A DNA stretch of 64,000 nucleotides from Gammaproteobacteria bacterium (GCA_009926865.1 RFOD01000002.1:28576-92575), one strand, 5' to 3'; shown: positions 7,732-18,779, numbered from the stretch's first letter. The notes: generated from the letters alone by a model not told the origin. A program made the numbers and translations.

Positions 7732-9843
7732 ATGACGTCATTAGACTATTCCCTCCAGCAAGAGGTTGCGGTGATCGCTTTTGCATCGCCACCCGTTAAC
7801 AGTTTGGGTCACGGACTTCGGTCCGCTTTAGTGGAGGCGCTAGAGCGAGCCAAACGAGATGACAAAGTAGCAGCGGTTGTACTGATTGGCGCTAATGCAA
7901 CTTTTTGCGCAGGTGCGGATATCAAAGAATTTGGAACTTCCGCGATGTCGCGAGGCCCAGGTTTACCCACGCTGAATGCGACGATTGAGAGTCTTGGAAA
8001 GCCGGTGGTTGCCGCAATTGAAGGGGTGGCACTAGGTGGTGGGCTCGAGCTTGCCATGAGTTGTCATCATCGCGTCGCGCAAAGTGGTGCTCGCCTTGGG
8101 CTCCCTGAAGTCAAGCTAGGCTTGCTGCCGGGTGCGGGTGGCACTCAGCGATTGCCAAGACTCATCGGTATCGAAAACGCGCTCAATATCATGCTCTCGG
8201 GCGAACCCCTCCCTGCGAAAATGTTTCAAGGTTCTCCCCTACTCGATGCGGTGGTGGACCATGACTTACTCGATACGGCGATCGCCGTCGCCAAGCAGTC
8301 GGCTGCTGCTCACCAAGCCGGTAGCCGATTGCCGCGCGCACGAGATCTCAAAATCCGCGAGCTAGACCTTCAAGCGCTCTGTCAGTTTGCTCGGAATACC
8401 GTTAAGACCGCTTTTAAGCCGTATCCAGCACCTGCCGCGATCGTCGATGCGGTGGAATATGGAGCCCAACACGGTTTCGCCGCGGGTCTAGAGGAAGAGA
8501 ATCGTCTGTTCCGGGGTCTATTGGTTGATCCTGTCTCTGCATCGCTAAGACATATTTTCTTTGCTGACCGAGCTGCTGCGCGCATCAAAGACTTATCACC
8601 CGACATCAAACCGAGCGCGTTTGAAAAAGTCGCGATCATCGGCGCCGGCACGATGGGTACGGGAATTGCTATTAATTTCTTGACCGCGGGGATCGAAACT
8701 CGTTTGCTGGAAGTCAATCAAGAGGCGCTCGATCGTGGTGTGGAGAGAATTCAAAAGTATTTTGAAGGCCGAGTCAAAAAAGGAAAGCTCACAGCAGACA
8801 AAGCACAAGGGATGGCCAAGAACCTAGTACCCGTGCTCGATTACGCCCAGATTAGTGATGTGGATTTAGTGATTGAAGCGGTCTTTGAGGACATGGCAAT
8901 CAAAAAATCCGTGTTTTCTCAGCTCGATTCGGTTATGCGCGAGGGCGCGATACTGGCAACGAATACGTCCACACTCGATATTGATGAAATCGCTGCAACG
9001 ACTAAAAGAGCTGAGGATGTCATTGGTCTGCACTTCTTCAGTCCCGCCAACGTCATGAAACTGCTGGAAGTCGTCCGAGGAAAAAAGACGAGCCTACAGG
9101 TGCTGGCAACGGCCATGGCGCTCGCTAAGAAAATTCGGAAGACTGCGGTGGTATCAGGTGTCTGCGACGGCTTCATTGGCAACCGAATGATCAATCAATA
9201 TTCGGCGCAAGCTCTGGCCATGTTGGAGGAAGGGGCGAGTCCGCAGCAGATCGATGCAGCCATCGAAAAGTTCGGCTTTGCAATGGGGCCATTTCGCATG
9301 AGCGATTTGGCGGGTAACGATATTGGTTGGCATATCCGTAAGCGCCAATTAGCAGAGGGTAAACTGACGCGTACCTCTCTGATCGCAGATCGCCTGTGTG
9401 AGTTAGGTCGATTCGGTCAGAAGACAGGAGCCGGTTGGTATGACTACCGACTCGGTGATCGCCATGCGCATGTCTCGGAGGTCGTCGAAAAACTGATTGC
9501 AGAGCAACGCACAGCAAGTGGCGTTAGCACTCGATCTTTAGATGATGCAGAAATTGTCGATCGTCTCGTTTTCTCTTTGGTCAATGAAGGAGCGAAGATT
9601 TTGCAAGAGGGTATTGCACAGCGAGCTTCCGACATCGATCTAGTTTATTTGACGGGATATGGCTTCCCCATCTGGCGCGGAGGCCCAATGCATTACGCTG
9701 AATCTCGCTCGCTGTATGAAGTGGCAAGACGCATGCGTGAGTTTGCCACTTTACCGAGTGCCGATGAGGCATTTTGGCAGCCTGCCGACCTCTTGCAGCA
9801 ATGTATCGCGGCGGGACACGGGTTTGATGGAGGTGCAGCATGA
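7732..9843 (+). CDS. Bifunctional enoyl-CoA hydratase / 3-hydroxyacyl-CoA dehydrogenase (fatty-acid oxidation alpha subunit-like)
   Basis: N-terminal crotonase fold ([23 protein letters not shown]). Central Rossmann motif ([14 protein letters not shown]). 3HCDH C-terminal domains. Followed by a thiolase gene. Confidence 0.93.
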   Translation: MTSLDYSLQQEVAVIAFASPPVNSLGHGLRSALVEALERAKRDDKVAAVVLIGANATFCAGADIKEFGTSAMSRGPGLPTLNATIESLGKPVVAAIEGVALGGGLELAMSCHHRVAQSGARLGLPEVKLGLLPGAGGTQRLPRLIGIENALNIMLSGEPLPAKMFQGSPLLDAVVDHDLLDTAIAVAKQSAAAHQAGSRLPRARDLKIRELDLQALCQFARNTVKTAFKPYPAPAAIVDAVEYGAQHGFAAGLEEENRLFRGLLVDPVSASLRHIFFADRAAARIKDLSPDIKPSAFEKVAIIGAGTMGTGIAINFLTAGIETRLLEVNQEALDRGVERIQKYFEGRVKKGKLTADKAQGMAKNLVPVLDYAQISDVDLVIEAVFEDMAIKKSVFSQLDSVMREGAILATNTSTLDIDEIAATTKRAEDVIGLHFFSPANVMKLLEVVRGKKTSLQVLATAMALAKKIRKTAVVSGVCDGFIGNRMINQYSAQALAMLEEGASPQQIDAAIEKFGFAMGPFRMSDLAGNDIGWHIRKRQLAEGKLTRTSLIADRLCELGRFGQKTGAGWYDYRLGDRHAHVSEVVEKLIAEQRTASGVSTRSLDDAEIVDRLVFSLVNEGAKILQEGIAQRASDIDLVYLTGYGFPIWRGGPMHYAESRSLYEVARRMREFATLPSADEAFWQPADLLQQCIAAGHGFDGGAA

Positions 9844-11036
9844 TGCGTGGTGCTAGCGATGAGGTGGTCATTGCCTCGACAGCGCGTACCGCGCTAGCCA
9901 AAAGTTGGCGTGGCTCATTCAATATGACGCATGGCGCAACGCTGGGTGCGCATGTGGTGAGAGCGGCCGTAGAGCGAGCGGGAATTGATCCGCAGACCGT
10001 CGAAGATGTGGTGATGGGCTGTGCACTACCCGAGGGCGCGACCGGTAATAACATTGCACGCCAGATCGCGTTGCGTGCCGAGCTACCGGTCACCGTTTCA
10101 GGTATGACGGTTAATCGATTTTGCTCGTCGGGTCTACAGAGTATTGCCCTAGCAGCACAGCGCATACTGGCTGGTGAAGGAGATGTGTATGTAGCCGGTG
10201 GACTTGAGTCGATTTCATGTGTCCAGCTCGAAGTCAATATGCACATGGCTATGGAGTCATGGCTCAAAGAAAAAAAACCCGGTATTTATCATTCAATGTT
10301 GCAAACCGCCGAGACCGTCGCCGAGCGCTACGGGATTTCTCGTGAACGGCAGGACGAATACGGCGCGCGTAGCCAGCAAAGAGCCTGTGCGGCAGATGCA
10401 GCGGGTCATTTCAAAGATGAAATTGTGCCGATTACTGTGCGCATGGCGGGCGTTGATCAATCGGCGGGCGGAAAGCTGTATACCCGCGAAGTGACTGTCT
10501 CGCGCGATGAGGGTTTGCGGGAAGGCACCACGTATGAGGCGGTCGCGCGTATCAAGTCGGCGAGCCCAGGTGGATCCATCGCTGCAGGTAATGCCAGTCA
10601 GTTTTCAGACGGTGCAGGCGCCTGTGTGGTCATGAGTGCGAAGGAAGCGGCGCGTCAAGGCGTCCAACCTCTTGGAATATTCCGAGGGTTTGCGGTGGCA
10701 GGGTGCGAACCCGATGAAATGGGGATTGGACCGGTGTACGCCATTCCGAAGCTCTTACAGCGTACCGGTATCGGTATCGATGATGTGGGTCTGTGGGAGT
10801 TGAATGAAGCATTCGCTGTACAGGTGCTTTATTGTCGAGACCGATTAGGTATTCCTGATGAGCGCTTAAATATCGATGGTGGAGCGATCGCAGTGGGTCA
10901 TCCATACGGGATGAGTGGCCAAAGATTAGTGGGTCACGCCTTGCTAGCTGGCAAACGCCTTGGGGCTAAGCGTGTTGTAACGACGATGTGTATTGGTGGT
11001 GGCATGGGCGCTGCTGCCTTGTTTGAGATCGTGTGA
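9840..11036 (+). CDS. Acetyl-CoA C-acyltransferase (3-ketoacyl-CoA thiolase)
   Basis: Thiolase motifs: active-site Cys in [10 protein letters not shown], and C-terminal [17 protein letters not shown] and CIGGGMGAA. 4-nt overlap with the upstream gene. Confidence 0.95.
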   Translation: MMRGASDEVVIASTARTALAKSWRGSFNMTHGATLGAHVVRAAVERAGIDPQTVEDVVMGCALPEGATGNNIARQIALRAELPVTVSGMTVNRFCSSGLQSIALAAQRILAGEGDVYVAGGLESISCVQLEVNMHMAMESWLKEKKPGIYHSMLQTAETVAERYGISRERQDEYGARSQQRACAADAAGHFKDEIVPITVRMAGVDQSAGGKLYTREVTVSRDEGLREGTTYEAVARIKSASPGGSIAAGNASQFSDGAGACVVMSAKEAARQGVQPLGIFRGFAVAGCEPDEMGIGPVYAIPKLLQRTGIGIDDVGLWELNEAFAVQVLYCRDRLGIPDERLNIDGGAIAVGHPYGMSGQRLVGHALLAGKRLGAKRVVTTMCIGGGMGAAALFEIV

Positions 11037-11698
11037 CGAGTGCTGCATACCTTGAAGGCGCAAGTCGTGGCCGGGTTTGGCTCGCCGCCATTTATGCCTT
11101 TTTTTTGGTAGCGATAGGGGCTGTTGCCTTGGCAATCGAGATTCCAGACTATCAGGTGATTGAATCGGATCAGGCCTTTGAGGTGCGTGAGTATCCGACT
11201 TATTTGATTGCCGAGACAGAGGTTCAGGCGGGATTTATGGACGCTGGTAATGTCGCCTTTGGCCGACTGTTCCGTTATATCAGCGGTGCTAACGTGAGCC
11301 AGCAACGTATTTCGATGACGGCACCCGTGGAGCAATCGGTGACGGAGGGGGAGCGCATTGTGATGACCGCTCCCGTGGAACAGGTTAAAACCGAAGATAT
11401 GTATCGAGTGGGGTTCATTGTGCCACGGCAGTACACTTTGGAGACGGTGCCGCAACCACTCGACCCTCGCGTCAAGATTCGCCAAGTCAATGCTCGGCGC
11501 GTGGCTGTTTGGCGCTACAGTGGTCGCTGGACGGAGGACAACTTTCGCGAAAATGAGCGGATGCTCAGAGACGCGCTGCGTACACGCGGCATTTCAGTAG
11601 CTCCTACCGCTCCGGCCATCATTGCCCGTTATGACGCGCCATTCATGCCGTGGTTTATGCGTCGTAATGAAGTGCATATTTCTTTGACTGCACAGTAG
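11033..11698 (+). CDS. SOUL/HBP heme-binding-family protein with N-terminal TM anchor
   Basis: Duplicated I/VxMTAPVEQ motif ([18 protein letters not shown]) and overall SOUL-like layout. GTG start overlapping the thiolase stop (GTGA). Confidence 0.7.
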   Translation: MTSAAYLEGASRGRVWLAAIYAFFLVAIGAVALAIEIPDYQVIESDQAFEVREYPTYLIAETEVQAGFMDAGNVAFGRLFRYISGANVSQQRISMTAPVEQSVTEGERIVMTAPVEQVKTEDMYRVGFIVPRQYTLETVPQPLDPRVKIRQVNARRVAVWRYSGRWTEDNFRENERMLRDALRTRGISVAPTAPAIIARYDAPFMPWFMRRNEVHISLTAQ

Positions 11699-11712
11699 CT
11701 GAGGGTTCTATC

Positions 11713-12573
11713 ATGAGCGCAATGGATCGACGACACTTCGTCGCAGGCTCTTTAGCATCCGGTTTTGCTGCGGCTGTTTTGCCCGTGAGTGCGACGACGC
11801 TCACCACTTCGAGCGAGGGTCTTGCGCAGGGTGAGAGTGAAATCCCGGTAGGCGATATCGCTTTACCTGCCTACTGGGCGCGGCCTGAACAGGGCGAGGC
11901 TTGGCCGCTTGTCATCGTGGTACAAGAAATTTTTGGTGTTCACGAGCATATCCGTGACGTATGCCGACGTTTCGCCCGTCGCGGCGTTCTCGCTGTGGCG
12001 CCAGAGCTCTTTGTGCGTCAGGGTGATCCTTCGCAGGTAGGAGATATTAGCCAACTCATGCGGGACATCGTATCGCGCGTCCCAGACGCCCAAGTCATGG
12101 CAGATCTTGATGCCACGATAAGCTGGGCGAGATCGCAGGGGGCGACCGATGCCGTAGCGATTACTGGATTTTGTTGGGGAGGGCGCATCAGCTGGCTCTA
12201 TGCCGCGCACCAACCTGCCATCCGAGCGGCGGTGGCTTGGTATGGGCGATTAACGGGTACGGCGACCGAACTGCAGCCGCAACACCCCGTAGATCTCGCG
12301 GCAGACCTAAAGGCCCCCGTCCTTGGGCTCTATGGCGGGCTCGATCGCGGGATCCCTTTGCAGGATGTTCAGCAAATGCGGCGCGCGCTTGAACAGGAGG
12401 GCGTATCGGTAGCAGCTCGCGCATCACGGTTTGTGGTGTATCCCGAGGCGGGGCATGGCTTCCATGCCGACTATCGCGCTTCCTATCGCGATGTGGATGC
12501 GCGTGCTGCGTTCGCCGAATGTTGTCTGTGGATGCGTGATCACGGCATCGCGCTTGATACGCGAGATGCTTGA
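11713..12573 (+). CDS. Dienelactone hydrolase family protein (Tat-exported)
   Basis: Twin-arginine signal (MDRRHFVAGS). DLH nucleophile elbow with Cys (ITGFCWGG). C-terminal GHGF. Confidence 0.88.
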   Translation: MSAMDRRHFVAGSLASGFAAAVLPVSATTLTTSSEGLAQGESEIPVGDIALPAYWARPEQGEAWPLVIVVQEIFGVHEHIRDVCRRFARRGVLAVAPELFVRQGDPSQVGDISQLMRDIVSRVPDAQVMADLDATISWARSQGATDAVAITGFCWGGRISWLYAAHQPAIRAAVAWYGRLTGTATELQPQHPVDLAADLKAPVLGLYGGLDRGIPLQDVQQMRRALEQEGVSVAARASRFVVYPEAGHGFHADYRASYRDVDARAAFAECCLWMRDHGIALDTRDA

Positions 12574-14436
12574 GTGCTCTTACGTCTTGATCAAATTTCT
12601 TTGGCGTTCGGAGCCAAGCCACTACTCGATCGAGTTTCGCTACAGGTTGAAGAACGCGAACGGGTCTGTATCGTCGGCCGAAACGGCGAAGGCAAATCAT
12701 CGCTACTGAAAGTCGCTCAGGGTCAAACCTCACCTGATGACGGCCGCTGCTGGGTGAGGCCAGGTGCGAAACTTTCCATGCTAGTGCAGGATCTCGATGA
12801 GGCCACCGACGCATCGGTAGGTGATGTAGTGATGGCCGGCCGTTGTCTTAATCAGGTCATCGAGAGCAGCGTTAACTCCGATTTTGAGGTGCCCGAATAC
12901 CGAGTACACGCGCTCTTATCGAGGCTTAAATTAGATCCTGGCTGGTCTTTCGCTTCGCTGTCGGGTGGATGGCGACGGCGAGTTCTGCTGGCGCGTGCAC
13001 TTGCTTGCGAGCCCGATATCTTGCTCTTAGATGAACCGACTAATCATCTGGACATTGAAGCGATCGAATGGCTGGAATCGACGATGCTCGATTTCAAGGG
13101 TGCCTTACTCTTCGTGAGCCACGATCGATATTTTGTAAATCGTCTTGCCACACGCATAGCTGAGCTGGATCGGGGTCAATTGAGTCTCTGGCCTGGAAAT
13201 TATGATGAGTATCTGAAGCGAAAAGCCTTGCAGCTTGAAAACGAGGCCAAAGAAATTGCTGAATTTGAAAAGAAATGGTCGGCAGAGGAAGTTTGGATCC
13301 GTAAAGGCGTTGAAGCCCGTCGCACGCGTAATGAGGGGCGAGTGCGAGCACTTGAAAAAATGCGTGAAGAACGACGTCAGCGGCGAACTCGTGCAGGTGC
13401 GGCAAAGATTGAGTTATTTGAGTCCGAGCGATCAAGCAAAATGGTCTTCGAGCTCGATAAAGTCAGTTTGAAGCGTGGACAATCTCAGATCATTGATAAT
13501 TTCAGTTTACGCGTGCAGCGCGGTGACCGTATCGGCATCGTCGGCGCGAACGGTCAGGGAAAAAGCTCCCTTATCAAACTCCTTTTAGGCGAGCTAGAGC
13601 CAGATCATGGGTCGATACGACGCGCGCACTCTATCGAACTTGCCTACTACGATCAGCAACGCGAGCAACTCGACCTAGATGCCACTGTATTCGATAACGT
13701 CAACGACGGTAATGAATATATTGGCGAGGGTTCGAATAGGCGTCATCTATCAAGTTGGTTGCGAGATTTTCTCTTTCGTCCAGAGCAATTTAGAACACCT
13801 GCGTCAGCGCTGTCAGGTGGTGAACGAAACCGGTTGTTATTGGCACGAATTTTCGCACGGCCAGCAAATCTGCTCGTACTCGATGAACCCACTAATGATT
13901 TAGATATTGAAACACTTGAGCTGCTCGAAGAGAAAATCGCGGAGTTTTCCGGAACCCTTCTTTTGGTAAGCCATGATCGCGCATTCTTAGATCGTGTCGT
14001 GAGCAGTCTTTTGGTGCTTGAAGGTCAAGGCCACGTGCAAGAGTTTGTCGGTGGCTGGTCAGATTGGCGTCAATGGAAAGCACAGCAGAGCGCTGCGACG
14101 ACATCTACCGATATCAAAAACGCTCGCGACTCAAAAAGAAATATAACTTCCGCGAGCGACCGAGCAACATCGTCTGAGTCTGCGCCTCGTTCGCGCCCTC
14201 AACGCATGAGCTATAAAGAGCAGCGCGAGTTTGAGGAATTGCCGCAACGATTAGAGTCCTTAGAGACGCGCAAGCTGAGCTTAACGGCCGAAGTGTCGAC
14301 ACCCGAGTTTTATGCACAAGATGAACAAGTGATCCGTGACGGGCTTCAGGCCTTGCAGGCGCTGGAGCAAGAGATTAGTCAGGCTTGGGAGCGATGGGCC
14401 GAGCTCGATGCCTTGGCAGCCAAGCTCGCGCGCTAG
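12574..14436 (+). CDS. uup: ABC-F family ATPase (Uup-like)
   Basis: Two ABC cassettes: Walker A GRNGEGKSS and GANGQGKSS; signatures LSGGWRRR and LSGGERNR; Walker B LLLDEPTNHLD and LVLDEPTNDLD. No TM domain. Charged linker and C-terminal coiled coil. Confidence 0.88.
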   Translation: MLLRLDQISLAFGAKPLLDRVSLQVEERERVCIVGRNGEGKSSLLKVAQGQTSPDDGRCWVRPGAKLSMLVQDLDEATDASVGDVVMAGRCLNQVIESSVNSDFEVPEYRVHALLSRLKLDPGWSFASLSGGWRRRVLLARALACEPDILLLDEPTNHLDIEAIEWLESTMLDFKGALLFVSHDRYFVNRLATRIAELDRGQLSLWPGNYDEYLKRKALQLENEAKEIAEFEKKWSAEEVWIRKGVEARRTRNEGRVRALEKMREERRQRRTRAGAAKIELFESERSSKMVFELDKVSLKRGQSQIIDNFSLRVQRGDRIGIVGANGQGKSSLIKLLLGELEPDHGSIRRAHSIELAYYDQQREQLDLDATVFDNVNDGNEYIGEGSNRRHLSSWLRDFLFRPEQFRTPASALSGGERNRLLLARIFARPANLLVLDEPTNDLDIETLELLEEKIAEFSGTLLLVSHDRAFLDRVVSSLLVLEGQGHVQEFVGGWSDWRQWKAQQSAATTSTDIKNARDSKRNITSASDRATSSESAPRSRPQRMSYKEQREFEELPQRLESLETRKLSLTAEVSTPEFYAQDEQVIRDGLQALQALEQEISQAWERWAELDALAAKLAR

Positions 14437-14765
14437 CCGCCTGCGCGCTTGGCGGTGAAGCCTCGCTTGGCCAGTTCAGCTACGAGCGTATCGCGATGTT
14501 CTCCTTGAATTTCAATATGGCCGTCAACTACACGACCTCCTGAGCCACATCGTTGTTTGAGTTCTTTCGCAAGGTGTTCCAGCTGGCTCATTGGTAACGG
14601 CAAGCCGCTGATCACGGTGACGCCCTTGCCACCTCGTCCTTGCGTAGCGCGACTGACGCGTATGGCAGTGGGTTTCCCCGCAGCGAGTGACGAGGAAAGG
14701 GCGCCAGCGAGCTTTTTTCGACGTTCATCAATGCTCATGCTGCTGAGTTTAGAGGAGTACAACAC
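14433..14765 (-). CDS. yciH: SUI1/eIF1-family translation initiation factor homologue
   Basis: GRGGKGVTVISGL ... LKQRCGSGGRVVDGHIEIQGEHRD matches the SUI1 domain. Confidence 0.85.
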   Translation of the reverse strand: MLYSSKLSSMSIDERRKKLAGALSSSLAAGKPTAIRVSRATQGRGGKGVTVISGLPLPMSQLEHLAKELKQRCGSGGRVVDGHIEIQGEHRDTLVAELAKRGFTAKRAGG

Positions 14766-14807
14766 GCGCTAGAATCCCTGATCAGAATTTCGCGGGGGAG
14801 GTGATAC

Positions 14808-16334
14808 ATGATCACGGTGTTCAATTTTTACGCTCCGTTCGGGCGTTGGCTGGCTACACGTGCGTTTGTGGTCATGGCGATCCTCGTGCCTGCGCTCGCA
14901 GTGGCGGCAGAGGCCGAACGGAGTAACACCCAGGATGTCATTGAACGAGTACGCCGTTGGCTGCCCGGCGAATTTGAGGGCGCTATCCCGGGCCCTGAAG
15001 CTGCAGCGTCCGATTCACCCCAGCGCTTGCGCCATCAAATCGTACGCGTGCCGGCGTCAAGTCTCGGCGAAGAGGTGTATTACCATGAAATCGCCGTAGG
15101 GCCTCCCGAAGCCACTCGAATATTCCAACGTAAGCTCTATGTGGTGGTAATGGATGCGTCATCGGTCAAAACTCGGGTGTGGTTACTCCCAGCTGAGACA
15201 CGCTCTGTCGCATCGCACTCATCCTTAGCAGAAGCTGTTGCGTCAGAGTTGGCTGAACTCGATCTCGCTACTTTACCCTCCTTTCCGGAAGGCTGTGAAA
15301 TTCATTGGTCTTTGGGAGGCGAAGATGCGCTCATCGCGCGAGTGACGCCAGATCGATGTCGTTATTTCAGTACAGCGTTCGCCACGGATATTTTTCCCGA
15401 CATGATGTATCGTGTAACCATCAATGATTTTTCAATGCGAGATCGACTACTTAACGCAGAGGGTAAGGACCAAGTGCCGGATGTAGGCGTGATGAAAGCC
15501 GAGCGCGCACCGTCCACAACGAGCGAAGCCTTATCGATGACGACAGATGCCGATTGGCGAGTGCCTAATGCCGATCACCTACTAGTGATGAAGTTAGCAG
15601 CTGGTCCTGTCATCATTGAGCTTGCGCCTGAATTTGCACCGAAGCATGTCCATAATATTTTGAAGCTAGTCCAGCAGAAGTGGTTCGATGGACTGACTAT
15701 TAATCGCGTTCAAGATAATTTTGTGGTGCAGTGGGGAGACCCAGACAACACCCGCGATTTAGGTGACGCTGAGCGCTCACTTGCACCAGAATTTACGCTT
15801 ACGGACTCATCCACCTTGAATTGGCGATATCTATCGGACGGCGATCTGTATGCCAAGAAAGTGGGCTGGGCGGAAGAGTTTCCGGCCGCACTAGATCCGG
15901 AAACAGGTACCGCTTGGCTGGCTCACTGCTACGGCACGGTGGGTGTCGGTAGAGATAATGCGGCAGACTCAGGGAATGGTGCAGAACTGTATGCGGTGAT
16001 TGGTCACGCACCGCGGCAACTAGATCAAAACATCACTGTCGTCGGTCGCATTCTCTCTGGCATGGAACTCTTATCGGCTTTACCACGCGGAAGTGGTCCG
16101 CTCGGCTTTTATGAAAGAGTAGAGGAACGTATCTCCATTCTCTCAATTCGGCAGGCCAGTCAGTTACCGGTAGAGGAGCGACCGCTTATCCAAGTGCTGA
16201 AAACCACGCGACCGATATTTGACCGCTTCGTGGAAAGCCGTCGTAATCGTCGCGACTCGTGGTACCTCCAGCCCGCAGGTCATGTCGATCTATGTGCTAT
16301 TTCTTTGCCGACTCGCGTACCGCTTACGCCATGA
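14808..16334 (+). CDS. Cyclophilin-type peptidyl-prolyl isomerase domain protein with a large N-terminal extension
   Basis: C-terminal half has FDGLTINRVQDNFVVQWGDP ... GTVGVGRD ... ELYAVIGHAPRQLDQNITVVGRI (cyclophilin-like). The N-terminal ~250 aa follows a signal/anchor and looks like a CpcT/CpeT beta-barrel; that call is low confidence. Confidence 0.7.
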   Translation: MITVFNFYAPFGRWLATRAFVVMAILVPALAVAAEAERSNTQDVIERVRRWLPGEFEGAIPGPEAAASDSPQRLRHQIVRVPASSLGEEVYYHEIAVGPPEATRIFQRKLYVVVMDASSVKTRVWLLPAETRSVASHSSLAEAVASELAELDLATLPSFPEGCEIHWSLGGEDALIARVTPDRCRYFSTAFATDIFPDMMYRVTINDFSMRDRLLNAEGKDQVPDVGVMKAERAPSTTSEALSMTTDADWRVPNADHLLVMKLAAGPVIIELAPEFAPKHVHNILKLVQQKWFDGLTINRVQDNFVVQWGDPDNTRDLGDAERSLAPEFTLTDSSTLNWRYLSDGDLYAKKVGWAEEFPAALDPETGTAWLAHCYGTVGVGRDNAADSGNGAELYAVIGHAPRQLDQNITVVGRILSGMELLSALPRGSGPLGFYERVEERISILSIRQASQLPVEERPLIQVLKTTRPIFDRFVESRRNRRDSWYLQPAGHVDLCAISLPTRVPLTP

Positions 16335-16356
16335 TTCCGCTGTAAGAGAGATTTTT

Positions 16357-17526
16357 ATGCAACAGTCAAACGTGGCGATTATTGGCGCCGGAATTGGGGG
16401 CTTAGCCGCTGCGTTGGCATTATTGCGCGCGGGGCAGCGCGTCCAGATTTTTGAGCTGGTCGATACCCTAGGTGAGGTAGGTGCAGGGCTTAGTATCACG
16501 CCAAATGCCGGAAAGGCGCTGCGTGCATTGGGATTAGCGAGTGATCTGGAGAAAGTGGGTAATCGGCCGCCCGCTGGGGCAATCCGACATTTTGCGACGG
16601 GTGAGCAATTGGTGGCACTGCCACAAGATCAGAGCGAGTCGCGATATGGGATCCCGTTATTCCATGTGCATCGCGCCGATCTCCATTCAGCCTTGCTATC
16701 GGCCATCTTGGAGCTCGACCCTCACTGCTTGCGAACAGGCGCGGGGCTCACTGACTTACAGACATCCGGCCATGGAGTGCAATTTAGTTTGACCGATGGC
16801 TCGGAGCATGCGGCTGATTGGTTAGTCGGAGCGGATGGCATCCACTCGCGTACTCGTCAACAAATCTTTGGGGCAGATCAGCCTAACTTCACAGGCTATG
16901 TCGCTTGGCGTGGCTTGATTCCTGGCGATCAGGTCCCGCCGGCACTACTGGATCCCCCACTGTGTATGACGGTAGGTCCGAGGCGGATGTTGATGCGTTA
17001 TCCGCTGCGTAGAGGTAGCTGGGTGAATTTCGTTGCGGTGGCCAAACGAGCCGCGTGGGTGGAGGAAGGTTGGTCGGTACCCTCAACCTTGGATGAGTTG
17101 CTGACGGAATTTGCCGATTTTGAAGAGCACACGCTCGCTTTACTAAGACTCACGCCGGTTGACCGCTTGTTTAAATGGGGGCTCTTTGATCGCGATCCTT
17201 TAGTCACTTGGATCCAAGGCCGGGTGACTCTGTTGGGCGATGCCGCCCATGCGATGCCTCCTTTTACGGGGCAAGGTGCAGTCATGGCTTTAGAAGATGC
17301 GGTCGTTCTCGGTCGTGCCGCCGCTCTCGCGAACGATCCGCAGGAGGCTTTAAGTCGGTACGAGCAAGCGCGTCTTTCGCGTGTCACCCACGCTTTGCAG
17401 ATGTCGCGCAGCCGCGCCGACTTATATTTTGCAGATGAACCTTCGACTCAAGTGCAGGCACTGGCGGCAGGCATGGCCGAGTTACGCACGCTCTATGACT
17501 ACGACGCAGGGCAGGTGGCGATCTAA
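16357..17526 (+). CDS. FAD-dependent aromatic-ring monooxygenase (salicylate hydroxylase-like)
   Basis: Start at internal ATG 16357 (MQQSNVAIIGAGIGGLAAA, a GxGxxG motif). DG motif (VGADGIHSRTR). C-terminal GDAAHAMPPFTGQGA. Confidence 0.87.
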   Translation: MQQSNVAIIGAGIGGLAAALALLRAGQRVQIFELVDTLGEVGAGLSITPNAGKALRALGLASDLEKVGNRPPAGAIRHFATGEQLVALPQDQSESRYGIPLFHVHRADLHSALLSAILELDPHCLRTGAGLTDLQTSGHGVQFSLTDGSEHAADWLVGADGIHSRTRQQIFGADQPNFTGYVAWRGLIPGDQVPPALLDPPLCMTVGPRRMLMRYPLRRGSWVNFVAVAKRAAWVEEGWSVPSTLDELLTEFADFEEHTLALLRLTPVDRLFKWGLFDRDPLVTWIQGRVTLLGDAAHAMPPFTGQGAVMALEDAVVLGRAAALANDPQEALSRYEQARLSRVTHALQMSRSRADLYFADEPSTQVQALAAGMAELRTLYDYDAGQVAI

Positions 17527-18653
17527 AGAATCACGGTTTGTCGCAACGTGGCGCCGCTGGCTAACCGATCAAATCCCGCGTTGATATCCTCTAGGCTCAA
17601 AGTTTCAGCTAATAATTGATCAACGGGTAGGCGCCCTTCTTGGAACCACTCAATGTATCGCGGGATATCCCTGGAGGGTACGCAACTGCCAAGATAACTA
17701 CCTTTGATGGTTCGTTCCTCTGCGACTAACCCAGTCTGCGGTACCGAAAAAACAGTTTGTGGGTGGGGGAGTCCTGCGGTCACGGTGGTGCCGCCGCGCC
17801 GGGTGATTTGATAGGCGAGCGTCATCGCCTGTGCAGAGCCTGCCATTTCAAACGCGTAATCGACGCCGCCCTGTGACGCCTCACGTATTTCTTTGACAAT
17901 ATCGGGGTTGGTCGCATCGAAGACATGCGTCGCGCCCAGTTTTCGCGCTAGCTCAAGCTTCGACGGCGACAGGTCGACAGCGATCAGAGGCGAGGCGCCT
18001 CGCATTTGAGCGCCGAGCAATGCGGCCATCCCTACGCCGCCGAGTCCGATGACGGCTACGCTCTTCTCAGCCGCCACATCAGCCGTATTGATGACGGCGC
18101 CGGTGCCTGTAATGACCGCGCACCCGAATACGGCCGCTTGTGCGAAATCAAGACTACGATCCACGCGTACCAGCGACTGCTCGGAGACGACGGCATACTC
18201 TGCAAAAGCCGATACCCCAAGATGATGGTGCAACTTCTGACCGTCTCGATGCAGACGACGAGCGCCACTCAATAACGTCCCTGCGGTATTCGTAGCGAGT
18301 GCTGGCTCGCATAAAGCGGGACGACCCTCGAGGCAGGGCCGACAGTGCCCACAGCTTGGTACAAACGCCGTGACGACATGATCCCCAACAGACAAGGATT
18401 TCACGCCGGGCCCGAGTTCTTCGACGATACCCGCGCCTTCGTGTCCAAGTACCATGGGGACCGGACGGGGTCGATTACCATCAATCACTGACAAATCCGA
18501 GTGACATAAGCCCGCCGCGCGCATCTTGAGCAGTACTTCGCCAGGGCCGGGCGGATCCAGATCGACTTCCGCTATCTCTAGCGGGCGGGACTCGGCGTAG
18601 GGCTTTGCAGCACCGATCTGGTGCAAAATGGCAGCGCGGGTCTTCATGACCAT
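17523..18653 (-). CDS. Zinc-dependent alcohol dehydrogenase (MDR superfamily, class III-like)
   Basis: GLCHSDL, GHEGAGIVEE, structural-Zn Cys cluster (CGHCRPC ... C), Rossmann motif VIGLGGVG. Confidence 0.9.
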   Translation of the reverse strand: MVMKTRAAILHQIGAAKPYAESRPLEIAEVDLDPPGPGEVLLKMRAAGLCHSDLSVIDGNRPRPVPMVLGHEGAGIVEELGPGVKSLSVGDHVVTAFVPSCGHCRPCLEGRPALCEPALATNTAGTLLSGARRLHRDGQKLHHHLGVSAFAEYAVVSEQSLVRVDRSLDFAQAAVFGCAVITGTGAVINTADVAAEKSVAVIGLGGVGMAALLGAQMRGASPLIAVDLSPSKLELARKLGATHVFDATNPDIVKEIREASQGGVDYAFEMAGSAQAMTLAYQITRRGGTTVTAGLPHPQTVFSVPQTGLVAEERTIKGSYLGSCVPSRDIPRYIEWFQEGRLPVDQLLAETLSLEDINAGFDRLASGATLRQTVIL

Positions 18654-18779
18654 AAAACCTGTGTTGGGTTAGACCCTATGACGCTAAGCCTTGGGAGGTC
18701 ATCTGGCAATGTCTGTGAAGCGATACTCCCGTGTAGCGGCCTCGACGTCATTTGGCTAGTGATGAGAGGATGACTTGAA

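Noticed and set aside
9581-10267. Long antisense ORFs inside well-supported genes: 9581..10267(-), 20752..21468(-), 12188..12814(-), 52932..53603(-), 5275..5877(-), 54506..55042(-), 10934..11485(-).
   Set aside because: Each lies opposite a CDS with strong family motifs. Their translations are Arg/Pro/Ser/Ala-rich low-complexity sequence, typical of shadow ORFs in GC-rich DNA, and none has a recognisable motif.
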